Assembly: GCA_030835905.1 (NCBI GenBank)
Contig: JAURQX010000046.1
Coordinates: forward strand, 2,288-66,287
Direction of reading: 5' to 3'
Length of the DNA stretch: 64,000 nucleotides
Source: Alphaproteobacteria bacterium
GTDB lineage: Bacteria; Pseudomonadota; Alphaproteobacteria; Rickettsiales; UBA1997
Shown here: positions 28,641 to 36,856 of the stretch, piece by piece
Position numbering within the stretch: the first letter of the stretch is position 1
Layout: every line of letters begins with the position of its first letter
Made by a program: the position numbers and the translations under genes
Notes under the pieces: generated by a model
Told to the model about the DNA's origin: nothing
The model's database searches: none
What the model saw: only the letters and a program-made list of their open reading frames with translations

Positions 28641-29351
28641 ATGTCATTAATTGTTGCCAAAAAAATTAGTTTTATCCGTCAAAATAGAGCGATTTTACAT
28701 AATGTTTCTTTAACTGTAGAAAGAGGTGACTTTACTACTATAGTTGGACCAAATGGCGCAGGAAAGTCAACATTGCTTAAATGTTTACTCGGCTTAGAAA
28801 AAGTTAATAAAGGCAGTGTTTCTAGGCAGCAAGATTTAAAAATTGGTTACGTTCCTCAGAGTCTAAAGCTCAGCAACGTGATGCCAATGAATGTCAAAAG
28901 ATTCTTAAATCTCGCCAATAAGGCTACTGATAATGATATTTTAGAAGTTTCTAAAGAAACTAAGATATGCAATATTTTACAAAAACCCCTTTATGTTTTA
29001 TCTGGCGGTGAGTTTAGAAGGGTGCTCTTGGCAAGGAGTTTACTAGTTAATCCTGAGCTTCTTGTGCTTGATGAACCGGCTCAAAATCTTGATATCTCTG
29101 GTCAGTTAAATTTTTATAAGCTGCTACAAGATATCTATAAAAAAAGACAATTAACTATTTTAATGGTGTCGCATGATTTGCATTTGGTAATGGCAAATAC
29201 TAAAAAAGTAATCTGCTTATTTGGTCATATTTGCTGCTCAGGTGAGCCAAATATTGTTGCTAAAGATCCAGAGTTTGTAACGTTATTTGGCGATGATATG
29301 GCTAAAATGATAGCAATTTATAACCATCAACACCATCATCATCATGCTTGA
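28641..29351 (+). CDS. znuC: zinc ABC transporter ATP-binding protein
   Basis: Walker A GPNGAGKST, signature LSGGE, Walker B LLVLDEP, C-terminal HQHHHHH tail. Confidence 0.8.
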   Translation: MSLIVAKKISFIRQNRAILHNVSLTVERGDFTTIVGPNGAGKSTLLKCLLGLEKVNKGSVSRQQDLKIGYVPQSLKLSNVMPMNVKRFLNLANKATDNDILEVSKETKICNILQKPLYVLSGGEFRRVLLARSLLVNPELLVLDEPAQNLDISGQLNFYKLLQDIYKKRQLTILMVSHDLHLVMANTKKVICLFGHICCSGEPNIVAKDPEFVTLFGDDMAKMIAIYNHQHHHHHA

Positions 29352-30141
29352 ATCAATATTAGTTAGTGCTTTATTTGCTGGAATTGGTATAGCAATAATC
29401 GCAGGTGTTATGGGTTGTTTTGTGGTGTGGCGCAATATGGCTTACTTTGGAGACTCTCTAGCACATAGCTCTTTGCTTGGTATAGCTCTTGGCTTGATAT
29501 GTTCAATCGGAGCAAATATTGGGATTTTATTGGTTTGCTTAATTTTCGCACTAGTTTTGGTTTTTTTGCAGCAAAAAAGAATTCTTGCTACCGATACCTT
29601 GCTTGGTATTTTGTCGCATTCAGCCCTTTCAATTGGTATGGTTGTAATCAGCCTACTAGAAATACGCTTTAATTTACATAGCTATCTTTTTGGAGATATT
29701 TTAACGGTGATGGTAAATGAAATCTACTGGATTTATGGCGGCGGCTTAATAGTTTTATTATTAATTTTTCTTAATTGGAATTCATTAATTTTAATGACAA
29801 TTAATGAAGATCTGGCTAAGTCAGAAAAAATTAAAACATTTAAGTTGCAGCTTCTCTTGATGGCATTGATGGCAATTTTCGTAGTGATTTCAATTAGGGT
29901 TGTTGGTTTGCTGCTGGTTACATCTATGCTAATAATACCAGCCGCTTCAGCTAGGCAAATCGCAAAATCACCAGAATCTATGGTTGTAATTTCAGTAATT
30001 ATTGCTATTTTATCGTTAGTTATTGGGATTTTAATATCATTTAAACTTGACACCCCATCTGGACCTTCGGTGGTGGTAAGTTCATCGATTATTTTTGTCT
30101 TAAGTCTATTATTTTCAAAGACATTTATCTCATCTTCATAA
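29344..30141 (+). CDS. znuB: zinc ABC transporter permease
   Basis: ABC-3 family polytopic permease; overlaps the znuC stop. Confidence 0.8.
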   Translation: MLESILVSALFAGIGIAIIAGVMGCFVVWRNMAYFGDSLAHSSLLGIALGLICSIGANIGILLVCLIFALVLVFLQQKRILATDTLLGILSHSALSIGMVVISLLEIRFNLHSYLFGDILTVMVNEIYWIYGGGLIVLLLIFLNWNSLILMTINEDLAKSEKIKTFKLQLLLMALMAIFVVISIRVVGLLLVTSMLIIPAASARQIAKSPESMVVISVIIAILSLVIGILISFKLDTPSGPSVVVSSSIIFVLSLLFSKTFISSS

Positions 30142-30329
30142 AATAATTATTGAAATAAAAAGTTGTTTTGCAAAAACAATCATAGAATCTAGAAAAAAAT
30201 TCTAAAATGAGGCTTGTGTAAATCAACGAATTTGGGTAACTTAATTTACAAATATTTTTTAATTTTTGTAGTAAGTTGCAAATTATTCGAAATTACTTTG
30301 TAAATTCTGCGTCATTTGTGTCGGTTATA

Positions 30330-30423
30330 TTGATGATTTTAAGGAATTTTATCCTTAAATTGATCAAAGCCTATTCGATGATTTGCAGGGGTCTTATTGA
30401 TCGAATCTCTCTGCAAAATTAGC
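30330..30423. repeat. two degenerate tandem family-2-like hairpins
   Basis: ttgatgattttaagga/tccttaaattgatcaa and ttcgatgatt...attgatcgaatctctctgcaaaatt share the gatgat...atcaa(a)tct core. Confidence 0.45.
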
Positions 30424-30504
30424 TGATTTGTGAGGGATCTTAAATATAAAATATTGAAGCTATGTTGATTCAACATCTTAGAATACCTAACTTACAATCC
30501 TGAT

Positions 30505-31539
30505 ATGAGGTTTTTATTAATTTTTGTTACAATTTTATTTAGCATTATGCATGCAAATGCAAGGGCTGATAGTGATTTGGTGGCAAATATCACCCCTTTG
30601 ATGCAAGCGGTAGTTGATCAAGATTTGAAAGGTGTTAAGTTTTTTAGTAATTCAGGTAGGGCTATAATCAATAAACAAAATGACGGTGGTGCAACGGCTC
30701 TTCATATTGCTGCTAGAATGGGTAATTTATCAATAGTGCAGCATTTAATCAATAATAGTGCTGATGTTAATATCCAAGATAATGAAGGCTGGACTCCATT
30801 AATGCGCTCTGCAAGCTTTTCTTTTTCAAAAATAACCAAAGAACTTCTTGAGGCAGGGGCAAGAATTGAAAAAGTTAATGATAATAGCGATTCTGCAATT
30901 TTGTTAGCCGCAAGATCCGGCTGTTTTGATTGCTTTCGCGATATTGTTCAAAATTCCTTTTATAATAAGTACATAAGTAAGACAGCCTTAAAAAATGAGC
31001 TTTCAAAATCTTTTACAATTGCCCAAAATAAAAACAAATCCGAGCTACAAGATTTTATTGAAAATCAAATTGATAGGCTAAATAAAATGACCAAAGACGA
31101 TTCACAATCAAATAATTTGGCAGAAGTTTATAGTTTGAAAAAAATCAACAATGATATTCCTGAGAATAAAGACACTAAAATAAAGAATTTTAACTATATC
31201 AAAACCAAGGAAGAAGATAATAAGTCATCTAATTTTAAAGACTCTAAAATTAAAGAAGAGAATAGTAAAATTCAGAATTTTAGGTATTTAAAAATTGAAG
31301 ACGAAGAGCAAAAAGTTCAAAATTTTAAGTACTCAAAATCTCAAGAAGAAAATAAAGATGCTCAAAATATTAAATATTCTTTAACGCCAGAAATTGCTAA
31401 AGTTACCGAAAACAAGATTCCGAAAACCAAAATAATATATGTGCCAAGCGCTCCAATTAGCGACAAAAAATTTACTTTCAAAAGCAAAAGAAATTCTACA
31501 AGTTATGAATCAAGGCAGCTATTTAAACTTAAAAAATAG
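30505..31539 (+). CDS. secreted ankyrin-repeat protein with C-terminal 15-aa tandem repeats
   Basis: Signal peptide MRFLLIFVTILFSIMHANA; ANK repeats (GATALHIAARMGNLSIVQHLINNSADVNIQDNEGWTPLM); five 15-aa repeats at 31171-31395. Confidence 0.8.
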   Translation: MRFLLIFVTILFSIMHANARADSDLVANITPLMQAVVDQDLKGVKFFSNSGRAIINKQNDGGATALHIAARMGNLSIVQHLINNSADVNIQDNEGWTPLMRSASFSFSKITKELLEAGARIEKVNDNSDSAILLAARSGCFDCFRDIVQNSFYNKYISKTALKNELSKSFTIAQNKNKSELQDFIENQIDRLNKMTKDDSQSNNLAEVYSLKKINNDIPENKDTKIKNFNYIKTKEEDNKSSNFKDSKIKEENSKIQNFRYLKIEDEEQKVQNFKYSKSQEENKDAQNIKYSLTPEIAKVTENKIPKTKIIYVPSAPISDKKFTFKSKRNSTSYESRQLFKLKK

Positions 31540-31576
31540 ACTAAGGACTTGTCTAAACATCGAATATAAATAATAC

Positions 31577-31722
31577 TATTTTAGTTTTATAATTGACTTT
31601 TTGGCTTTATCTTTTGGCCTAAAACCTATTATAAAAAACTTGAAGTATATCAAATACATCTGCGTTTTTTATAATAATTTTCCCATAAAAATACTTTGTA
31701 TCTATATAGAATTATAGATGGA
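31577..31722. repeat. family-1 palindromic element, copy B (one terminus degenerate)
   Basis: Its reverse complement ccatctataattctatatagatacaaagtatttttatgggaaaattatt matches the left end of copy C. The centre cgcagatgtatttgatatacttcaag matches copy A. Confidence 0.7.
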
Positions 31723-31763
31723 AGCTTTTGGTGTATTTGATCTTGAGTTAAAATCGTTAGTCA

Positions 31764-32345
31764 ATGAATAAAATTAGCATTAGAAAGTTCATAAAAAAGA
31801 CGAGATTAAATCTGAGTTCAGACTATGTTAGTACTAATTCTTATGCTATACAAAATAGCTTCCTAAAAAATTTTGATTATTTTTTGCAATTGCTGGAAGT
31901 TTCTAATCCGGTTTTTTCGCTATATAATTCAGCATTTAATGAAGTAGACACCTCGCTAATTGCTGAATTTTTGAAGAGAAAAAATTATAAATTTTGTTAT
32001 CCAGTTATCGATCAGAAAAATATAAAATTTGGACTCTATCAAAATGATGTAAAATTTGTGCGTAATGAAGAGTTTGTTGAAATTCTAGAGCCAAAAACAT
32101 ATAAATTTATTGATCCAGATATCCTAATCGTTCCCCTAATTGCATTTGACGCAAATCTAAATAGAATCGGAATGGGCAAGGGTTTTTATGATAAAGCAAT
32201 AAAAAATTTAAGATCCAAGAAAAAAATTATAGCAATTGGTTTGGCATATTATTTTCAATATATTGATAGAGAAATCGAAACAAATCAGTTTGATCAGAAG
32301 CTAGATTTTGTTATAACTGAAGATATAATTTACAATTTGACATAA
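31764..32345 (+). CDS. 5-formyltetrahydrofolate cyclo-ligase
   Basis: IVPLIAFDANLNRIGMGKGFYDK and IGLAYYFQ...DQKLDFVITE motifs. Confidence 0.75.
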   Translation: MNKISIRKFIKKTRLNLSSDYVSTNSYAIQNSFLKNFDYFLQLLEVSNPVFSLYNSAFNEVDTSLIAEFLKRKNYKFCYPVIDQKNIKFGLYQNDVKFVRNEEFVEILEPKTYKFIDPDILIVPLIAFDANLNRIGMGKGFYDKAIKNLRSKKKIIAIGLAYYFQYIDREIETNQFDQKLDFVITEDIIYNLT

Positions 32346-32466
32346 GATACTAATACTATTTTCACAAATTAAATAACCTTTGTTAATGTGCCTAAATCTT
32401 TGAATTTTGATCTCTTTTCTTAAACGAAAATTGGCATTTTAAGATAGGATTTGGTATTAGCGAGTA

Positions 32467-33321
32467 TTATTTCTGTTTATATTTTAAAAAAATCTTATCA
32501 TTTACTCTTAAATCTACTATCTCAAGCCTAATATCAGAACCAGGTATCGAATATATATCCACAATCTTTTTCCAAGCATATGAAATATTTTCTTCGGGTA
32601 GCTTGACAATTACTCCATCTTGTAACCTAACATCCCATCTTCTGTTTCCAACCCAAGTTGCCGAAAAAACTTTTTTGCTAAAGCTTGAGTCAATCGTTAG
32701 TAAATTAAATAGTGATTTGGCATGAATATTTGCATTTAGCCCAGAAAGCTCAATTAATTTTTCGGTGTCAGCATCTTCTTGGAATTCAATAATATTACCA
32801 GATTTATCGATTAAGAACTTGTTATTATCATTGTGCCAAACGGCAAAAGGACTAAATTCTTCAACCTGAATATTTAAAATGTTCGGTAAATTACGATTAA
32901 TTTTAATATTAACAATCCATGGTAGTTCGTCGATAATCTTATCAATCATATCATGAATAATAGAATAGCTGTTTTGGCTATTTTTATTTTCTACTTCACA
33001 TTTTCTAATTATCTCAATTATCTTAAAATCACTCACTTTCTGGTTGCCAGATATTTTAATTTCATGAAATTTTTCTTGGCTAAGTTGATTAACTTGCAAA
33101 AATTTGTTAGATATTTTGCTATAAATCGCTGTACTAAATTTAGGATATGTAAAAAATAAAGTTGTAAATAAAGATGCTAAAAAAATTAAAATAATAATCG
33201 TAAGCTTTAGGGCGGTAGGAATAATTTTATTATTAGTTAACAGCATGATGCGACGAGTCATGCGATTTGTTAAAATAAAATCCCTTATTTTTGTAGAAAA
33301 CATGTCGTTAGTTACGGTCAA
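32467..33321 (-). CDS. ftsQ: cell division protein FtsQ
   Basis: N-terminal TM helix, POTRA-like region (IKISGNQKVS), FtsQ-type C-terminal domain (DLRVNDKIFLK). Confidence 0.75.
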   Translation of the reverse strand: MTVTNDMFSTKIRDFILTNRMTRRIMLLTNNKIIPTALKLTIIILIFLASLFTTLFFTYPKFSTAIYSKISNKFLQVNQLSQEKFHEIKISGNQKVSDFKIIEIIRKCEVENKNSQNSYSIIHDMIDKIIDELPWIVNIKINRNLPNILNIQVEEFSPFAVWHNDNNKFLIDKSGNIIEFQEDADTEKLIELSGLNANIHAKSLFNLLTIDSSFSKKVFSATWVGNRRWDVRLQDGVIVKLPEENISYAWKKIVDIYSIPGSDIRLEIVDLRVNDKIFLKYKQK

Positions 33322-34150
33322 TTGTTGTGGTACTTTTAGCTACCGGTTCGACTTTGCTTGTTTTAATATCTTTTGGCTTTTCATTGCTTTGACTACCTTT
33401 GTAAAAAGAAAAGCTATTGGTTGCAACATTTTCTAAGCCAGAATCTTTTCTTGGCGAGTCTTTTTGTTCGGCGCTTTTGGCAAATGGGTTAAATCTTTTA
33501 TCATTTCTTTGACTTTTTAGTGCTGGCTGTAAACCATCGTCAGCAATAGGGGCTTCTTTGAATTTTTTTGGTTTCTTGCCGTAATTTTTATCAAGATAAA
33601 TTTTTTCATGATTATCAGGATCAATTTCAATCACTTCCTCCTCTTCCTGATCTAGATCATTATCTTCCTCTTGCGCCTCTAATAAATCATTACTTAGCTG
33701 GTCCACAAATTTTGTTTCTTCTGATTCATTTTCTGACTTTTTAGTGAAGCGATCATCTCCATCATCTTCATCATCTTCATCATAATCCTCATCATCATAT
33801 TCGTCGTTTTTTTTCCAAGATTGATCATTAACATCTTTTGCATAATCGATGCCATTATTAGAAAATTCTGAAGCTTGGCTAAAATCGCTAATAAAACTAT
33901 CGCTCTCATTAAGTTCATTAATTACATATGAACACAATTCCTCAAAAGCAACTCGATGCTTTTCTGCAATCTCAGCAATTCTGCTGAATGCATCCATGAT
34001 ATCTTCTGGAATTTTGCCGGATCTATTTTTGGCTAACCATTTACTTTGAAATCCTAAAGGATGCGAACCTTTTGCAGGATTGCCAACATATAGTGTAATC
34101 GGATATTTTTGGCCATTAAAGTCACAATTGGCTACAAATTTTTTAACCAT
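33308..34150 (-). CDS. hypothetical protein: conserved ~80-aa N-domain (DUF2610-like, from memory), highly acidic linker, basic tail
   Basis: MVKKFVANCDFNGQKYPITLYVGNPAKGSHPLGFQSKWLAKNRSGKIPEDIMD...; a DEDD-rich stretch; 14-nt overlap with the ftsQ start. Confidence 0.5.
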   Translation of the reverse strand: MVKKFVANCDFNGQKYPITLYVGNPAKGSHPLGFQSKWLAKNRSGKIPEDIMDAFSRIAEIAEKHRVAFEELCSYVINELNESDSFISDFSQASEFSNNGIDYAKDVNDQSWKKNDEYDDEDYDEDDEDDGDDRFTKKSENESEETKFVDQLSNDLLEAQEEDNDLDQEEEEVIEIDPDNHEKIYLDKNYGKKPKKFKEAPIADDGLQPALKSQRNDKRFNPFAKSAEQKDSPRKDSGLENVATNSFSFYKGSQSNEKPKDIKTSKVEPVAKSTTTIDRN

Positions 34151-34159
34151 AAATTAATA

Positions 34160-35005
34160 TTAAAAAATCACAAAGCTTGAATTTAAATAGTCTAATTTTC
34201 CATAATCTAAATCATTACCAATTATAAAATCATCATCTATTATTGATATTTTTTTTGCTGAAATATTAATCAACTTAATTAAAGCATGACCTGCAGCAGT
34301 ATCCCATTCCATCGTTTGATTGAAATGAATATAAATATCAGCCTTATTTTCTAAAATATCAAAGAATTTAATAGCTGATGACCTTTTGACTAAGGAATAA
34401 TTATTAATATTTTGCGGATAAAATTGTTTCACAAATTTTATTAAATCACTATCATGAGATCTCTTGCTGGTTATAATTCTCAAAGAGCTTACCTTTGTAT
34501 CAATTTTTTTTATAACATCTGGCTTAAAATTACTAATCTCGATATCTTCTTTGACAATCTTTTCTGTTTTTCTTAATAAATCATGATATTTTAAAAGATT
34601 ATCATCAGCGGAGCTCAAGAATAACTTCCCGCCCTCAAAAATAGGTGCGTAAATCAAGCCAAAAATCGGTTTCTGATTTTTGACCAAGGCAATATTAATT
34701 GAAAATTGATCGCTATTTTTAATGTAGCCAGAAGTACCATCAATCGGATCTATCAAAAAAAAAGCTTCCTTACTAAATTGGGCATTATTTTGCTCTTCAC
34801 AAATTGTTGGGATTTTAGGAAAGCTATTTCCAAGGGATTTATAAATAAAGTTACTAACCTCAATATCAGCCGAAGTAACTTTGCTTTGATCTGGTTTTGT
34901 ATTAACGATAAAATTTTTTTGGTAAAAAAATTCTTTAGCAATTTCGCCAGCTTGTAAAGCAATATTTGCAATTTGATTAATTTGTAAGTTTGTAAAAAAA
35001 GACAA
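34160..35005 (-). CDS. inositol monophosphatase family / CysQ-like 3'(2'),5'-bisphosphate nucleotidase
   Basis: FLIDPIDGT and MEWDTAAGHAL motifs. Confidence 0.75.
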   Translation of the reverse strand: MSFFTNLQINQIANIALQAGEIAKEFFYQKNFIVNTKPDQSKVTSADIEVSNFIYKSLGNSFPKIPTICEEQNNAQFSKEAFFLIDPIDGTSGYIKNSDQFSINIALVKNQKPIFGLIYAPIFEGGKLFLSSADDNLLKYHDLLRKTEKIVKEDIEISNFKPDVIKKIDTKVSSLRIITSKRSHDSDLIKFVKQFYPQNINNYSLVKRSSAIKFFDILENKADIYIHFNQTMEWDTAAGHALIKLINISAKKISIIDDDFIIGNDLDYGKLDYLNSSFVIF

Positions 35006-35006
35006 G

Positions 35007-35555
35007 TTAATTATTATTTTTATATTCTACTGCTAGTTGCGCATAATTATCGGCCGATATTTTTATATAATCAATTTCTTGTTGATTTAAATCACGAAAA
35101 TATTTTGCCGGGCTTCCTGCCCAAATTTGTTTTGATTTAACTACTTTTCCTGGAGTCAAAACTGCGCCCGCCGCCAGCATGCCAAATTCTTCAACTATGG
35201 CCAAATCCATAATAATTGAACCCATCCCAATAAAACTGTTGCTACGAACGGTGCAGGCGTGAATTATGGCATTGTGTCCAATTGTCACATTATTGCCAAT
35301 AAAAACTGGCGCACCTTTATCACCAGTTTTATTTTGTGCATGATTTGCTCTGGTGCCATGAATTATGGTATTATCTTGGATATTGGTATTTTTACCAATG
35401 GTAATTTTAGTTACGTCACCACGAATCACGCAACCATACCAAATTCCCGAATTTTCACCAATTTCAACATCGCCAGCAACAATAGCGGTGTGCGCTAAAA
35501 AAGCTGAATTAGCAATTTTTGGTAAAATTTTGTTATAAGGTAGGATGTTTTTCAT
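35007..35555 (-). CDS. gamma-class carbonic anhydrase-like hexapeptide-repeat protein
   Basis: Left-handed beta-helix repeats; IRGDV...IGKNTNIQDN..IHG pattern. Confidence 0.8.
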   Translation of the reverse strand: MKNILPYNKILPKIANSAFLAHTAIVAGDVEIGENSGIWYGCVIRGDVTKITIGKNTNIQDNTIIHGTRANHAQNKTGDKGAPVFIGNNVTIGHNAIIHACTVRSNSFIGMGSIIMDLAIVEEFGMLAAGAVLTPGKVVKSKQIWAGSPAKYFRDLNQQEIDYIKISADNYAQLAVEYKNNN

Positions 35556-35590
35556 GATTTAAGAAAAATTAATCAAATAATATAAAATAA

Positions 35591-35705
35591 ACTTATTATT
35601 TTTGTGGAACCGCTTTCACAAAAATAATTACGCTTTTCCTAAACTTGCAAAGCAAGATTAATTAAAATAATTTCATATTTTCCTAAATTTGCGTAGTAAA
35701 TTTAG
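35591..35705 (-). repeat. family-3 structured element, copy 1 (immediately 3' of dgt)
   Basis: Stem tttttgtg/cacaaaaa around the loop gaaccgcttt, then taattacgc...ctaaacttgc-aaa-gcaag; an extra hairpin ctaaattt/aaatttag contains the dgt stop. Confidence 0.65.
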
Positions 35706-36856
35706 ATATTTTTATACTCCTTAATCGCAAAGCGATCTGTCATACCGGCAATATAATCTGAAACAAAAATTGCCAAATCTTTTTCCTTTAAAGTTGTTGG
35801 ATCTATTGCCAACTGTTCCTTTGGCATGCAGTTTGGATAGTTCATATAAAAATCAAAAAGCTGGCCAATGATCTTATTGGCTTGAGCCGTCATTCGATTA
35901 ACAGTCGAATGGCGATACATATTTTGCAGTAAGAATTTTTTGATGATCTTATGAGTTTTTTCCATCTCATAACTAAATTCTACTAGCTGTTTTTTTGACT
36001 TTCTTACATCTTCCTCGCTATTAATTTTATGTTTTTCCAAATTATGTTGCGTGGTAGAAATTACATCAACCACCATGGCTAAAGTAATTTGCTTTTTGGC
36101 TTCACCAACCAATAATTCGTGCCTAATATTTGGATATTTTCTCAAAATATCTTGATATATTTTGCCAATTAAAGGCAAATCAAATAGATTTTTTACTTCA
36201 AACAGATTAGCACGAAGTCCATCTTCTAAATCATGATTATTATAAGCAATATCGTCAGAAATTGCTGAAATTTGTGCCTCAAGTGAAGAATATCTAGCTA
36301 AATCAAGATCATATGATTTGTTATAATCGTGAATATATTTGTCAGTTTTTCTGTTATCAACCACTGGGCCATTATGTTTTACCACCCCTTCCAGCATTTC
36401 CCAAGATAAATTTAAGCCTTCAAATTCAATAAAGCGCGTTTCAATTTTAGTAATAACTTTTAAAGTATGAGCATTATGGGCAAACCCGCCATAATTTTTC
36501 ATTTTCAAGTTAAGCGCATCTTCACCAGCATGACCAAAAGGCGGATGACCTAAATCATGCGCCAATGATACAATTTCTGCTAAATCTTTATTGGCCTTTA
36601 AGGCGCCAGCAATCCAGCGCGAAATTTGTCCAACTTCTAATGAGTGAGTTAAGCGCGTGCGATAGTGATCACCTTGATGATTAACAAAAACTTGTGTTTT
36701 ATATTGCAAACGACGAAATGCCGAGGAATTAATAATTCTATCACGATCTCGACCAAAAACCGAACGATGCTTTGAATCATCGTAGCTTTCTTTAAAGCGT
36801 CGGCCACGAGATTTATTTTCATTTACTGCATAATTGGCTAGTTCGAAATCAATCAT
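35702..36856 (-). CDS. dgt: dGTP triphosphohydrolase-like HD-domain protein
   Basis: YRTRLTHSLEV, LAHDLGHPPFGH, DDIAYNNHDLEDG. Confidence 0.9.
   Translation of the reverse strand: MIDFELANYAVNENKSRGRRFKESYDDSKHRSVFGRDRDRIINSSAFRRLQYKTQVFVNHQGDHYRTRLTHSLEVGQISRWIAGALKANKDLAEIVSLAHDLGHPPFGHAGEDALNLKMKNYGGFAHNAHTLKVITKIETRFIEFEGLNLSWEMLEGVVKHNGPVVDNRKTDKYIHDYNKSYDLDLARYSSLEAQISAISDDIAYNNHDLEDGLRANLFEVKNLFDLPLIGKIYQDILRKYPNIRHELLVGEAKKQITLAMVVDVISTTQHNLEKHKINSEEDVRKSKKQLVEFSYEMEKTHKIIKKFLLQNMYRHSTVNRMTAQANKIIGQLFDFYMNYPNCMPKEQLAIDPTTLKEKDLAIFVSDYIAGMTDRFAIKEYKNI

Noticed and set aside
29733-30053. 106-aa ORF antisense to znuB
   Set aside because: Shadow ORF of a hydrophobic permease gene.
35702-36856. 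The dGTPase-like gene as a possible nucleotide-depletion anti-phage defence gene
   Set aside because: It has the architecture and length of the widely conserved housekeeping dGTPase-like (type 2) protein of alphaproteobacteria and sits in a housekeeping operon. No defence-island context (integrase, restriction-modification or toxin-antitoxin genes) is present.
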